From the NCBI GenBank assembly GCA_018831195.1, contig JAHJDP010000042.1, forward strand, positions 292-64,291: DNA of 64,000 nucleotides, given 5' to 3'. This DNA is from Candidatus Eiseniibacteriota bacterium (GTDB taxonomy: Bacteria > Eisenbacteria > RBG-16-71-46 > CAIMUX01 > JAHJDP01). Positions within the stretch are counted from its first letter, which is position 1. Every line of letters starts with the position of its first letter. Shown in pieces: positions 48,566 to 59,662 of this stretch. The position numbers and the translations under genes are program-made. Below the pieces are notes generated by a model that was given only the letters and a program-made list of their open reading frames with translations, was not told where the DNA came from and made no database searches.

Positions 48566-49357
48566 ATGCAGCAGATCCCGCTTAAACAGCGTCCTATGGT
48601 GGGTGTTTCCCTTATGACGGATCTTTCTTCTCTGGCTGAGCACGGCCCGCGGTTTGGTATCAATTGTTCGTACATTCATGCTCTGAGGGGGTCCGGCGCG
48701 ATTCCGGTTCCCATTTTGCCGGGGCGGCCGGATGAAACGGCGCTCTTCGCTCCTTTCCTCAGCGGGTTGTTGCTGCCCGGCGGATCCGATTTGGCTGCGG
48801 GGCGCTACCATCAGGAGCCGGTTGATCCTCAAGAAACGCCGGATCCTGATCGGGAGGCGTTGGAGTGGGATTTACTGCGCTGGGCCGATGGGACGGGCCT
48901 GCCGGTGCTGGCGATTTGTCTCGGTATCCAGACCGTCAATACCTTCCGAGGGGGCACGCTGATACAAGATCTCCGCCGCCGAGGGCCGGAAGTTCTGGAT
49001 CATGGGTACCTCAAAGGGTACTCCCGCCGGACACTTGCCCATTCCGTACGGATTGATCCGGAGTCGCGGCTGGCCGCTCTCATGGAGCAGGATCAAGTGT
49101 CGGTGAACTCCCTGCATCACCAGGCGATCGATAAGATTGGAGCGGGTCTTCGCGCGGTGGCCTGGGCGCCCGATGGTATTGTAGAGGGATTGGAAGATGA
49201 GAATCCAAACCGCTTTCTGGTCGCCGTTCAGTTTCATCCCGAAGAGATGATGGAAGCGCCGGCGGCGCAAAAGATTTTCGTGGGATTCGTCGAAGGGTGC
49301 CGCGCTTGGAAAGAGGGGCTTAATCCGCCGTATCGACCCACCGCCCGTCCGCTTTGA
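48566..49357 (+). CDS. Class I glutamine amidotransferase-like hydrolase (peptidase C26 / γ-glutamyl-GABA hydrolase family).
   Basis: The product reads ...GLLLPGGSDL...GLPVLAICLGIQTVN (Cys nucleophile) ...SLHHQAIDKIG...VAVQFHPEEM (His-Glu). An AGGGGAA RBS is present. The 3' end overlaps the convergent ispG end by 38 bp. Confidence 0.75.
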   Translation: MQQIPLKQRPMVGVSLMTDLSSLAEHGPRFGINCSYIHALRGSGAIPVPILPGRPDETALFAPFLSGLLLPGGSDLAAGRYHQEPVDPQETPDPDREALEWDLLRWADGTGLPVLAICLGIQTVNTFRGGTLIQDLRRRGPEVLDHGYLKGYSRRTLAHSVRIDPESRLAALMEQDQVSVNSLHHQAIDKIGAGLRAVAWAPDGIVEGLEDENPNRFLVAVQFHPEEMMEAPAAQKIFVGFVEGCRAWKEGLNPPYRPTARPL

Positions 49358-51422
49358 TCAATGCCACCAGCGCCTCATCCGCCTCATCCGGCGCCAGGTT
49401 CCGCTCCACCCTGATCTTGCCCCGGTATAGATCAATCTTACCGACACCCGATCCGACATAGCCGAAATCAGCATCGGCCATTTCACCCGGCCCATTGACA
49501 ATGCAGCCCATCACGGCAATTTTGACACCTTTCAGATGCCCGGTTCTCCGGCGGATCCGCTCGGTGGTTGTCTCCAGATTGAAAAGGGTGCGCCCGCATG
49601 AAGGGCAGGAGATGAATTCGGCCCGCGTCAGGCGCCGGCGGACCGATTGTAAAATGCCGAAGGCGATGGAGATGGGGTTGGGTTCGTTCGCCTTTCCGGA
49701 CGCCGGACCGGCCAGGAGCGCTTCGCCGCCCGATTCCAGCAAGGCCGGTCCCGCCGACAGGGCTTGTTCTATCGGATCCCCGCAAAGCCTGAGGATAAGC
49801 GCAACATTGGCGGACAGTCCGGCATCGGCAAGGGCGCCCACCGTCTGCCAAACCCGGTGCCGGAGATCCTGCCTGATAATGACAAGGGCCGTTCGGGAGA
49901 GTCCGGCCTTTAAGACCCGGCGGCAGACGGACACAGCGGTCCGCGGATCGGGTATTTCCCAGAAGAGAGGGCAGCCGTCTCCGATCGATGCGCAGACGGT
50001 TTCAACAGGGAGCCGGTTCCCTTCGTCAAGACCATTGTTGAGCTCCGGAATGAGGGAGATGCCCCCGACCATAGCGGCAAGATTAAAAAGGATTTGTGGA
50101 TCCACCGCGTCATTGTAGAAGCCGCGATAGATTAGAGGGGTTTGACGCATGCCGGCCTCGCTGAGCTTGGACATTAGATATTGTACAAGTTCAGGCGCTC
50201 GTTCATTCAGGGGGCCGTGAATCCAGAAGGCCTCAGGTGGATCATCGTTTGGGTCGTGCAGCAGGTGCTTCAATTCGCGTAGAAGCCGGTCCGGCTCGTT
50301 AACCGCGGCGGCGGCGGCATAGTGGACCCTCGGCACCGGCGCCGGTCCGCCGAGAGGCAGCGTGCCGAGTTCAATCCGCTCGACAATGCGGGGCGCAGGC
50401 AGCGTGACCGGTTTTGATACCGGCGCATCGCCGCAGGGCCCGCCGGCGCCGGCCGGAGGGCCGGGCGGGGGACCATCCGTCTTCATCATTCCTGCGGGAA
50501 TGAAGGCTGCGAATGCGGGTTCGACCCGCGCGACACCAGCGAGGATCTCCCGGCAGGCGGCGATTTCATTTACCGAGGGCTCTGTCAAGCTGACACGGAT
50601 CGTATCGCCGATCCCTTCCGACAGCAGCCCCCCGATGCCGACGGCGCTCTTCAGCCGCGCCGGCCAGCCGGATCCGGCCTCGGTGATGCCGAGGTGGATC
50701 GGATAGTCCATCTTCTCTGCATCCATCTGCGCGATGAGGAGGCGGTGCGCCTCAATGACGACCGAGGTGACGGAGGATTTCAGTGAGAGTACAATATTGT
50801 GAAAGTCATAATTTCTGCAGATCCGTACGAATTCCAGCGCGGACTCCACCATGCCCAGCGGAGTGTCGCCGTAACGGTTCATGATTCTGTCGGAGAGCGA
50901 TCCGTGATTGGTGCCGATCCGCAGCGCGGCGCCATGCTCCTTGCATTTCAGGACGAGCGGTTTGAACCGCGCCTGTATCCGCTCGAGTTCCTCCCGGTAT
51001 TGCGCGTCGGAATATTCGCGGACGGCGTTCTTCTTTCGATCGGCGTAGTTCCCGGGATTGATCCGGACCTTCTCTACCAGCTCGGCCGCCCGCAAGGCCG
51101 CATTGGGCGTGAAATGAATATCGGCGACAAGCGGCACCTGAAGGCCGCGCCGGCGCAGCTCCGCTTTGATCACAGCGAGATGGTCGGCCTCGCGGATCGA
51201 GGGGCAAGTGAGACGAACCAGGGGGCAGCCGGCCGAGACGAGGCCCTCGATCTCGCCGCATACCGCTTGGGTATCCATCGTGTCGGATGTTGTCATCGAC
51301 TGGATGAGGATCGGATGAGGCCCGCCGATCGCGAGATGTCCGACGCGGACCACACGGGTCGGCCGCCGCCGGTAGGGGAGCGGCAAGCCCTTGGGCGCCT
51401 TCTGTCGTGAATCGCTGCTCAT
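49320..51422 (-). CDS. ispG: 4-hydroxy-3-methylbut-2-en-1-yl diphosphate synthase (IspG/GcpE), the long form with an inserted domain.
   Basis: The N-terminal TIM-barrel region reads RRRPTRVVRVGHLAIGGPHPILIQSMTTSDT...LVRLTCPS...PLVADIHF. The C-terminal 4Fe-4S region reads CPSCGRT...IAVMGCIVNGPGEMADADFGYVG. A ~300-aa insertion lies between them, as in plant/Bacteroidetes-type GcpE. Confidence 0.9.
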   Translation of the reverse strand: MSSDSRQKAPKGLPLPYRRRPTRVVRVGHLAIGGPHPILIQSMTTSDTMDTQAVCGEIEGLVSAGCPLVRLTCPSIREADHLAVIKAELRRRGLQVPLVADIHFTPNAALRAAELVEKVRINPGNYADRKKNAVREYSDAQYREELERIQARFKPLVLKCKEHGAALRIGTNHGSLSDRIMNRYGDTPLGMVESALEFVRICRNYDFHNIVLSLKSSVTSVVIEAHRLLIAQMDAEKMDYPIHLGITEAGSGWPARLKSAVGIGGLLSEGIGDTIRVSLTEPSVNEIAACREILAGVARVEPAFAAFIPAGMMKTDGPPPGPPAGAGGPCGDAPVSKPVTLPAPRIVERIELGTLPLGGPAPVPRVHYAAAAAVNEPDRLLRELKHLLHDPNDDPPEAFWIHGPLNERAPELVQYLMSKLSEAGMRQTPLIYRGFYNDAVDPQILFNLAAMVGGISLIPELNNGLDEGNRLPVETVCASIGDGCPLFWEIPDPRTAVSVCRRVLKAGLSRTALVIIRQDLRHRVWQTVGALADAGLSANVALILRLCGDPIEQALSAGPALLESGGEALLAGPASGKANEPNPISIAFGILQSVRRRLTRAEFISCPSCGRTLFNLETTTERIRRRTGHLKGVKIAVMGCIVNGPGEMADADFGYVGSGVGKIDLYRGKIRVERNLAPDEADEALVALIKADGRWVDTAD

Positions 51423-51452
51423 GCTGTTATCTTTGCACATGGCTCCGCACAA

Positions 51453-51482
51453 AGAAACGGGAGAGGCTTCCGCCTCCCCCGC
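51453..51482 (-). terminator. Possible intrinsic terminator after pckA.
   Basis: The minus strand reads GGGGGAGGCGGAAGCCTCTCCC followed by GTTTCTTTGTG. Confidence 0.4.
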
Positions 51483-51505
51483 TTCGCAAGAGAGCTTTTC
51501 AGCCG

Positions 51506-53065
51506 TCAGCCGCGGACGGCCTGGACAATCACTTCATCCAGCGCCGGGTATTTGCGGAGATGCGCTTCCCGATCCGTCTTGAAGATCGCCACCAGATTCA
51601 AGTACTCCTCCTGCCGGCCATCCTTCACATAGAGGTGCCATGGGTTCAATAGGCTCTGATCGGCTGCTTCAATCCCCGGTACATGCTTGGCGATGTCGTA
51701 GCCGAAGTCAGGATCTCTTTCCCACTCGATCGTGCCCTCGGCGATCGCTTTTACAATGGCGCTGGAATGGTGGATCTTGATCTTTCGGCTGCTCGGGTCG
51801 CCGTCGCTTCCGCCGATCCGGCCTGTATTCATCAGATAGACTTCCATCCGGCTCTGCTCGAGGATTTCAAGGAACCGGTTTCCCTGGAGACCGTGCCGGA
51901 GAGGGAAGAAGGGATTGGTTCCCGGCACGCGCAGGCTCTTGCCGGCCTCTTCGACACCGCCGGCGCTTGTGCCGCGCGTCTCACCCAGCATAAAGTAGGC
52001 GGCCGCTTGGGCTCCCTTCAGCCTGGCGACGGCGGGGATGATATTATCATTGCGGTTGAGGAGCAGCAGAAATGAGGCGTGGTCGATGGTGTTCGGATCA
52101 GCGGCCATCCCGATCTTGTCGAGATTGAAGGTCGCGCGGCCGTTCTGTGTATACGTATCGTCGAAAAAATCGACTTTGCCGTTTTCATCCTGCGACACAT
52201 TCTCCAGATAGGAAGAGGCGTCGGTGACGGCCTTATAGATAACCGGCTCATGCTCCGGATCGAGGCCGTAGGTTTTGGCGAAGCAGCCGTCTTCGGATGT
52301 ATAAATCCGGCCGTTCGGCATCAGAGCCACAAAATCATCCTGGACCGGCTGGGATTCGTTCTGGCGTGTGAAGGTTGTTGTTGTTTTTCCTGTACCCGAC
52401 AGGCCGACGATGAGGCCGACCCGGGAGCGCCCGTCGACCGGGATAATCTTGCATCCGGCATGAAGGGCAAGGCCGCCGCGATCATAGACAATCTTATTCC
52501 ACATTCGGAGGCCGCCCTTTTTCGCCTCTCCAAAATAGTCGGAATTGAGAACCCGTGTGACGCCGGCATCCAAATCGACGGTGATAATCCGGTCGTTTGG
52601 ATACCCCTCCGCCTTGAGATTCGGCGTGTAAATCACCGTGAGCTCCGGCTTGAAATCGGGCTGTCCCACGGCGGGGTCATCGGTGTAATAAAGCTGCTGC
52701 TGCATCGCGGCGATGTTGGCATTTGACTTTTCAATGGAGAGACGCACCGGTGTTCGAAACCAGGGGTCGCTTCCTATGAAGCCATCCACGATGATCATAT
52801 CCTGGCTCTCGATATACCGGTCTTGGAGTTCTGCGATGCGTCTGCCCTCTTCTTTGGAGATGCATTGATCGGTCGCAAGATCGGGGTTGTCGGTAACGAT
52901 ATAGGTACTCGCCTTGCTGCGCGCCTTGGTCTTGATCTTTGTATTGAGATTGCCGAAGGAGGTCCAGCGCGCATTAGGCATCGCCGCCACAAGCTCCTTT
53001 AACTCGGCCGGGCTGGGATTAAAAAACCGTTCGGGCTCTTCGGGGAAACGAGGTTGCGTCGCCAT
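51506..53065 (-). CDS. pckA: Phosphoenolpyruvate carboxykinase (ATP-dependent).
   Basis: The kinase-1a P-loop is GLSGTGKTT. Conserved PEPCK-ATP blocks are present (FNLDKIGMAADPNTIDHASFLLLLNRND; YFMLGETRGTSAGG). Confidence 0.95.
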   Translation of the reverse strand: MATQPRFPEEPERFFNPSPAELKELVAAMPNARWTSFGNLNTKIKTKARSKASTYIVTDNPDLATDQCISKEEGRRIAELQDRYIESQDMIIVDGFIGSDPWFRTPVRLSIEKSNANIAAMQQQLYYTDDPAVGQPDFKPELTVIYTPNLKAEGYPNDRIITVDLDAGVTRVLNSDYFGEAKKGGLRMWNKIVYDRGGLALHAGCKIIPVDGRSRVGLIVGLSGTGKTTTTFTRQNESQPVQDDFVALMPNGRIYTSEDGCFAKTYGLDPEHEPVIYKAVTDASSYLENVSQDENGKVDFFDDTYTQNGRATFNLDKIGMAADPNTIDHASFLLLLNRNDNIIPAVARLKGAQAAAYFMLGETRGTSAGGVEEAGKSLRVPGTNPFFPLRHGLQGNRFLEILEQSRMEVYLMNTGRIGGSDGDPSSRKIKIHHSSAIVKAIAEGTIEWERDPDFGYDIAKHVPGIEAADQSLLNPWHLYVKDGRQEEYLNLVAIFKTDREAHLRKYPALDEVIVQAVRG

Positions 53066-53237
53066 GACCTCTCTCCTTTTCTAAGGTTATGTCAATTCAT
53101 CTTTCTAATTCACATATTCTAACATGCTAATACAGAGAAAAGCAGAACTAATTCCAAGTAAAATGTCGATTAATGATAGCAGACGGCGTAAACAAATCTT
53201 TGCTTGTGCTGGGAGTCCTTATTGTATTAGATTTTAG

Positions 53238-55256
<2,019 letters not shown>

Positions 55257-55373
55257 CCCTGTATTCAGCTTCGTATTCTCCTTGCCATACATCATTTGCC
55301 TTTCCATAATACCGGCACTTGCGTCAATTGAGATGACGCATCCGCTATGATGGGAAGGGGGGACGGTTCCGTT

Positions 55374-56963
55374 ATGGAGAACACCCGCGGTCAGTGGAAA
55401 TCCCAGCTCGGTTTCATTCTCGCCGCCTCGGGATCAGCCATCGGTCTTGGCAATATCGTTTTCTTCAGTGCGAATGCCTACAAGTTTGGGGGAGGCGCCT
55501 TTTACCTCCCCTATTTCTTTGCGCTGCTTATCATCGGAATTCCGGTCATGATCCTCGAGTTCGGCCTGGGGCACCATACCGGGCGATCTTTTCCCGTCGC
55601 GCTGCGTCAGACATTGGGGCGGAAGGGCGAGTTCCTGGGATGGTTCGGCATCATTAACGCCAGCTTTATTACAATGTACTATATTACCATCCTTGCCTGG
55701 GTGGTGGGCATGTTTGTCGGCTCCTTCGGCAGTCTATGGCACAGCAGTGTCGCTGTGCCCCCTTTTGGGCTGGCGCTCGGGGATCTCCCCAATCCGTACG
55801 CCTTCTTCTTTCGCATGCTGTCCAATTGGAGCGCTGTCATCTTTGTTATCATTGTGTGGTTCCTAAATGTTTGGATTGTCCGCCGCGGGGCCACGACGAT
55901 TGAGAGCGCGGTGAAAATCTTTGTGCCGCTCATGTGGCTTTTCATGATCTTTCTTATCATTCGCGGCATCACCCTCCCCAACGGGATTCACGGGCTTTAT
56001 CTGCTCTTTACGCCGAACCTGGAGGTGATGAAAAATATAGATGTCTGGCAGGGCGCTTTCAGCCAGATCTTTTTTACGCTTTCCCTCGGGTTCGGGATCA
56101 TGACGGCGTATGCCTCATACCTTCCAAAGAAATCGGATCAGACAAACAATGCATTGATCACATCGTTTCTGAATTGCGGATTTGAATACATCGCAGGGAT
56201 CGCGATCTTCACGATCCTCTTCGCGACAACAATGATTCCCAAGGCGTCGACCATCAGTATGATGTTTTTCATCGTCCCCAGCGGTATCAGCAAACTTCCG
56301 GGCGGCGATATGTCGGTGATACTCTTCGGCATCATGTTTTTCGTGCTGCTGCTGTTTGCGGGGCTCTCCTCGAGTATTTCCCTCGTTGAGGCTTTCATCT
56401 CCGCAATGGTCGACAAATTCCAGACGAGCCGAAAGAGATTTCTTATCGCTGCTTTTGTGTTCGGCGGGCTGGGAAGCATCGCATTCGCTCTTCCGCAGGT
56501 CATCAATAGAGGCTTGGAGGATGATGGAACGCTTGGATTCACACTTCTCGATCTCATCGATCATTGGGCTTTTTCGCACGGCCTGCTGATCGTCGGCCTC
56601 ATCGAATGCCTCCTCATTGGATGGATCTACGGCGTGAAGAAAATCCGTCAAACGATCAATATGAATTCCCGATACACCCTTGGATCGGGTTTTGATTTTC
56701 TAATCAAGTTTATCATTCCCGCTCTTATTCTCTTTGTGCTCGTGGCCTCCGTCGTCAATGAGATTCGGGAGGGGCTCTATGGATCAGCCTTCCGCGCCAA
56801 CTTCACAAAGCCCTGGGGTTGGCTGCAGATCCTCCCGCACCTGGCTCTTTTTGCATGGATTACAATTAGTGTGGGCGGGGCCGCGGTGCTGACTCTTATG
56901 CGGGGTTATAAGAACGAAGAATCCTCGGGTGAGTTGAAAGATTATCCGGGAGGGGAATCATGA
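55374..56963 (+). CDS. Neurotransmitter:sodium symporter (NSS/SNF) family transporter.
   Basis: The product reads WKSQLGFILAASGSAIGLGNIVFFSANAYKFGGGAFYLPYFFALLIIGIPVMILEFGLG, which is the NSS TM1/TM2 signature. About 12 TM helices are predicted. Confidence 0.85.
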   Translation: MENTRGQWKSQLGFILAASGSAIGLGNIVFFSANAYKFGGGAFYLPYFFALLIIGIPVMILEFGLGHHTGRSFPVALRQTLGRKGEFLGWFGIINASFITMYYITILAWVVGMFVGSFGSLWHSSVAVPPFGLALGDLPNPYAFFFRMLSNWSAVIFVIIVWFLNVWIVRRGATTIESAVKIFVPLMWLFMIFLIIRGITLPNGIHGLYLLFTPNLEVMKNIDVWQGAFSQIFFTLSLGFGIMTAYASYLPKKSDQTNNALITSFLNCGFEYIAGIAIFTILFATTMIPKASTISMMFFIVPSGISKLPGGDMSVILFGIMFFVLLLFAGLSSSISLVEAFISAMVDKFQTSRKRFLIAAFVFGGLGSIAFALPQVINRGLEDDGTLGFTLLDLIDHWAFSHGLLIVGLIECLLIGWIYGVKKIRQTINMNSRYTLGSGFDFLIKFIIPALILFVLVASVVNEIREGLYGSAFRANFTKPWGWLQILPHLALFAWITISVGGAAVLTLMRGYKNEESSGELKDYPGGES

Positions 56964-57388
56964 TGCGTTCCTTCATTACTCTTGCCGCCGCCGCTGTCCT
57001 CCTCGGCGTTCTCCCGCTGAAGGCCTTGGAGCTTGCCGTAAATCCTGAAGTTCCCGCGGAAGGCGAACCGGCAAGCATCACCGTGACATGGAACGAGGCG
57101 CCGGTCGCGGGCGCCACTGTCAAAGCCCTCTATCGCCCGAATAGCGAAGTCTCGGTGGAGAATGAATTGGGGACGACGGATAGTTTCGGCCGCATCGCCT
57201 GGCAGCCCCGGGATGCCGGTCTGGTTTCGCTGACGGCGGCCGGCGCCGGTGAAACGGTCCATCGGGATGTTTCGGTTCGCTTCTCCGGTGTTCCCTGGCG
57301 CGGTCTGATGGTCCTTCTTCTGGCCGGGCTCATTCTCTTCGGCGGAAACGCAATGTTTATTATAAAAACTCTTCAGGCCAAGGAGTAG
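56960..57388 (+). CDS. Small protein with a signal peptide, an Ig-like β region and a C-terminal TM anchor, translationally coupled (ATGA) to the NSS transporter.
   Basis: A GGGAGGGG RBS is present. The N-terminus reads MMRSFITLAAAAVLLGVLPLKA and the C-terminus reads GLMVLLLAGLILFGGNAMFIIKTLQAKE. A hairpin terminator lies at about 57441-57484 (CCCCGGAA-TGCGTGCGGC-TTCCGGGG followed by TTTCATTAT). Confidence 0.4.
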   Translation: MMRSFITLAAAAVLLGVLPLKALELAVNPEVPAEGEPASITVTWNEAPVAGATVKALYRPNSEVSVENELGTTDSFGRIAWQPRDAGLVSLTAAGAGETVHRDVSVRFSGVPWRGLMVLLLAGLILFGGNAMFIIKTLQAKE

Positions 57389-57610
57389 CCGGGGGCCGGG
57401 AAGTCACCGGCCGGTTTCAATCGCCATGGGTCATATCCCCCGGAATGCGTGCGGCTTCCGGGGTTTCATTATACCTTGATCTTTATCTATTAATCGTCGA
57501 TCCGGAATCGAGGAAACCCGGACTGGGGACGATAATTAATTTGTACCCATCCTGATATTCGACTTGAACACGTAGCGCCGCCCGGAACCGCTTGCAACAG
57601 GAGATGACCT

Positions 57611-59662
57611 TTGAATCGAATCCTGAAGATCTCCTGCGCCCTGCTGCCGGGTCTGCTTGCCGCCGGGTGTTCGTTTGAGGAGCCTCAAGCACCGTCATTC
57701 GAAACGAATATCTATATCCCTCTGGGCACAGAGAGAGCGACGGGGCTGGATCTTCTTGAAGAAGAGAATATCAGTGGGGATTCCACCGGTGTCGAGCCGC
57801 TGCAATTTTCAATGAAAGGCGGCCTGGATCGTTTTGAAGCGGCGGCGCTGCTCGACCTGACGCTCAGTCCGGCTCATTTCTCATCGACCATCAGCGATAT
57901 CGGCATTGAACCGCCAGAAGAAATCCGGATCGATTACACGCTTGGGGACCTCTCCGGTCTTTCGCTGCCTCCCGGCGGGACGCATCTCATCGTTGAGCCC
58001 TTTACCTTTTCGCCCGTCCGTACCGAGCTTTCCGATCAAGAGACTTTTGAGTGGATACGGCTTGCGCAGGGAAGGATCGATATACAGATCACGAATGATT
58101 TAGCCGTTCCGGTCGGCGGGGGTTCCGGCGATCCGGTCTCGTTGAGCCTCTCTCTCTGGAATCGCGATGTTGAAGAGAAGGCCTTCGAAGTTTCCCTTGT
58201 GGGCGGCTTGGCCCCGGCGCAAACAGCCACCTGGTCGGTTGATCTATCCGGCATTGATCTTCGGGATCGTTTGGATATTGAATTCGGCGGCGGCAGCTCC
58301 GGCAGCGGGGGAGATCCGGTCTGGGTTGAAGCGGCGCAATCGCTCGGGATCAGCCTCTTGTTTCACGACCTGGAGCCCGACTCGGTTATTGCCGCTGTCG
58401 GTCCTCAATATGCCGCCGTTACGGGTGGAGTCGCCCTGCCGGGCGATATCCGGATCGATGAAGGTGAAATTCAAGAAGGTTTGATTCATCTGCAGGTTCA
58501 GAATGAACTGCCCCTTCAGGCCTATGCCGATTTAACATTCCCTGAGCTTTGGAATGAGCGGGGAGACAATATCACGCAACGGATCGCATTGCCCTCGTCG
58601 CAATCGGGGCCGGATGGCCCGGCCGAAGTGACGATTGATCTGGCGGGTGCGATATGGGGCAGCGCCTCCGGTGCGGTCGGTGATACGCTCCATTATCAAT
58701 TGGATATCGAGACAATGGGGAGTTACGGAGTGTCCGCCTCGCTCGGCCGCCGGCAGGCGGTCGTTGCCGAGATTGATCAAACCACAGTGTCATTTCGGTG
58801 GATACGGGGTTCCGCCGACAACCGCGAGATCGAGATAGAGTCATCGGAGACAGAGATCGACCCGCCTGAGGGGATTGCGGAACTCGATTTTCTGAAGGCC
58901 GATCTCATGATTGATATCTTGAGTAGCGTCGGTTTGACCGCCGCCACCCATCTTGTTCTCGAAGCATTGGATCTATCAGGCGCGACACTCGCGATCCTTC
59001 CCCTGGAGATGACGGTGCTTCCAGGAAACCTTTCGAATCCGGGCCGGAGCACACTCGTTCTCAATGAGACCAACTCCGATGTGCTTGAAATCATCCGCAG
59101 CCGTCCCGATCGCCTTCGGGTCGGCGGCTCGTTGTTGGTCGGGCAACCGGGCGAATCCGCGACGATTTCACGCGAAGATTGGGTGGAAGGGTCATATACC
59201 CTTGTCGCTCCCCTGCGGGTCATCGTGGGACAAGTCCGGCACACGGCAGACCCTTACAGTATTACATTATCGGATGAGGAGCAGGATCGGATTCTACAGG
59301 ATCTCCCGGCAGCCGTCATTGAAGGCACCGTGGAAAACCATCTTCCGGTGGGCATCACGGCCCGTTTTATTTTTGCCGATCAGGAAGAGGCTTTGGAAAT
59401 TCAACCCGGGCTCGAACTCGAATCGATCGAAGTTGACTCGGGGCAATTTGACAGCAGTACGGGGCGGGTTATTGAAGCGGTTATCTCTTCATTCCGGATT
59501 GAACTGGATCAAAATGATATCGCTTTCTTCGCCAAGGATGAGGTTTGGGGTCTTATCGAGGTTGTCTTGAAAGGAGACGGTCTGACACCGGTGGAGTTCA
59601 CCGCCACTGATTATGTTGAAGTGAAGGGGATCCTCAGCATGCGGATGAGGGTGGAATCATGA
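57611..59662 (+). CDS. Large hypothetical lipoprotein (683 aa).
   Basis: A TTG start has an AGGAG RBS 7 nt upstream. The signal peptide and lipobox read MNRILKISCALLPGLLAAGCS. No domain was recognised. The stop overlaps the next gene's ATG (ATGA). Confidence 0.45.
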   Translation: MNRILKISCALLPGLLAAGCSFEEPQAPSFETNIYIPLGTERATGLDLLEEENISGDSTGVEPLQFSMKGGLDRFEAAALLDLTLSPAHFSSTISDIGIEPPEEIRIDYTLGDLSGLSLPPGGTHLIVEPFTFSPVRTELSDQETFEWIRLAQGRIDIQITNDLAVPVGGGSGDPVSLSLSLWNRDVEEKAFEVSLVGGLAPAQTATWSVDLSGIDLRDRLDIEFGGGSSGSGGDPVWVEAAQSLGISLLFHDLEPDSVIAAVGPQYAAVTGGVALPGDIRIDEGEIQEGLIHLQVQNELPLQAYADLTFPELWNERGDNITQRIALPSSQSGPDGPAEVTIDLAGAIWGSASGAVGDTLHYQLDIETMGSYGVSASLGRRQAVVAEIDQTTVSFRWIRGSADNREIEIESSETEIDPPEGIAELDFLKADLMIDILSSVGLTAATHLVLEALDLSGATLAILPLEMTVLPGNLSNPGRSTLVLNETNSDVLEIIRSRPDRLRVGGSLLVGQPGESATISREDWVEGSYTLVAPLRVIVGQVRHTADPYSITLSDEEQDRILQDLPAAVIEGTVENHLPVGITARFIFADQEEALEIQPGLELESIEVDSGQFDSSTGRVIEAVISSFRIELDQNDIAFFAKDEVWGLIEVVLKGDGLTPVEFTATDYVEVKGILSMRMRVES

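Noticed and set aside
49320-49357. A 38-bp overlap of the convergent 3' ends of the C26 amidotransferase and ispG genes
   Set aside because: It could indicate a mis-called stop or a frameshift, but both C-termini match their family patterns (…FHPEEM… and …ADGRWVDTAD). It is most likely a genuine convergent overlap.
57560-57600. σ54-type promoter (GG-N10-GC) upstream of the lipoprotein gene (CCGGAACCGCTTGCAACA)
   Set aside because: The GG-to-GC spacing is 2 nt too short compared with TGGCAC-N5-TTGCA. It is not convincing without a search matrix.
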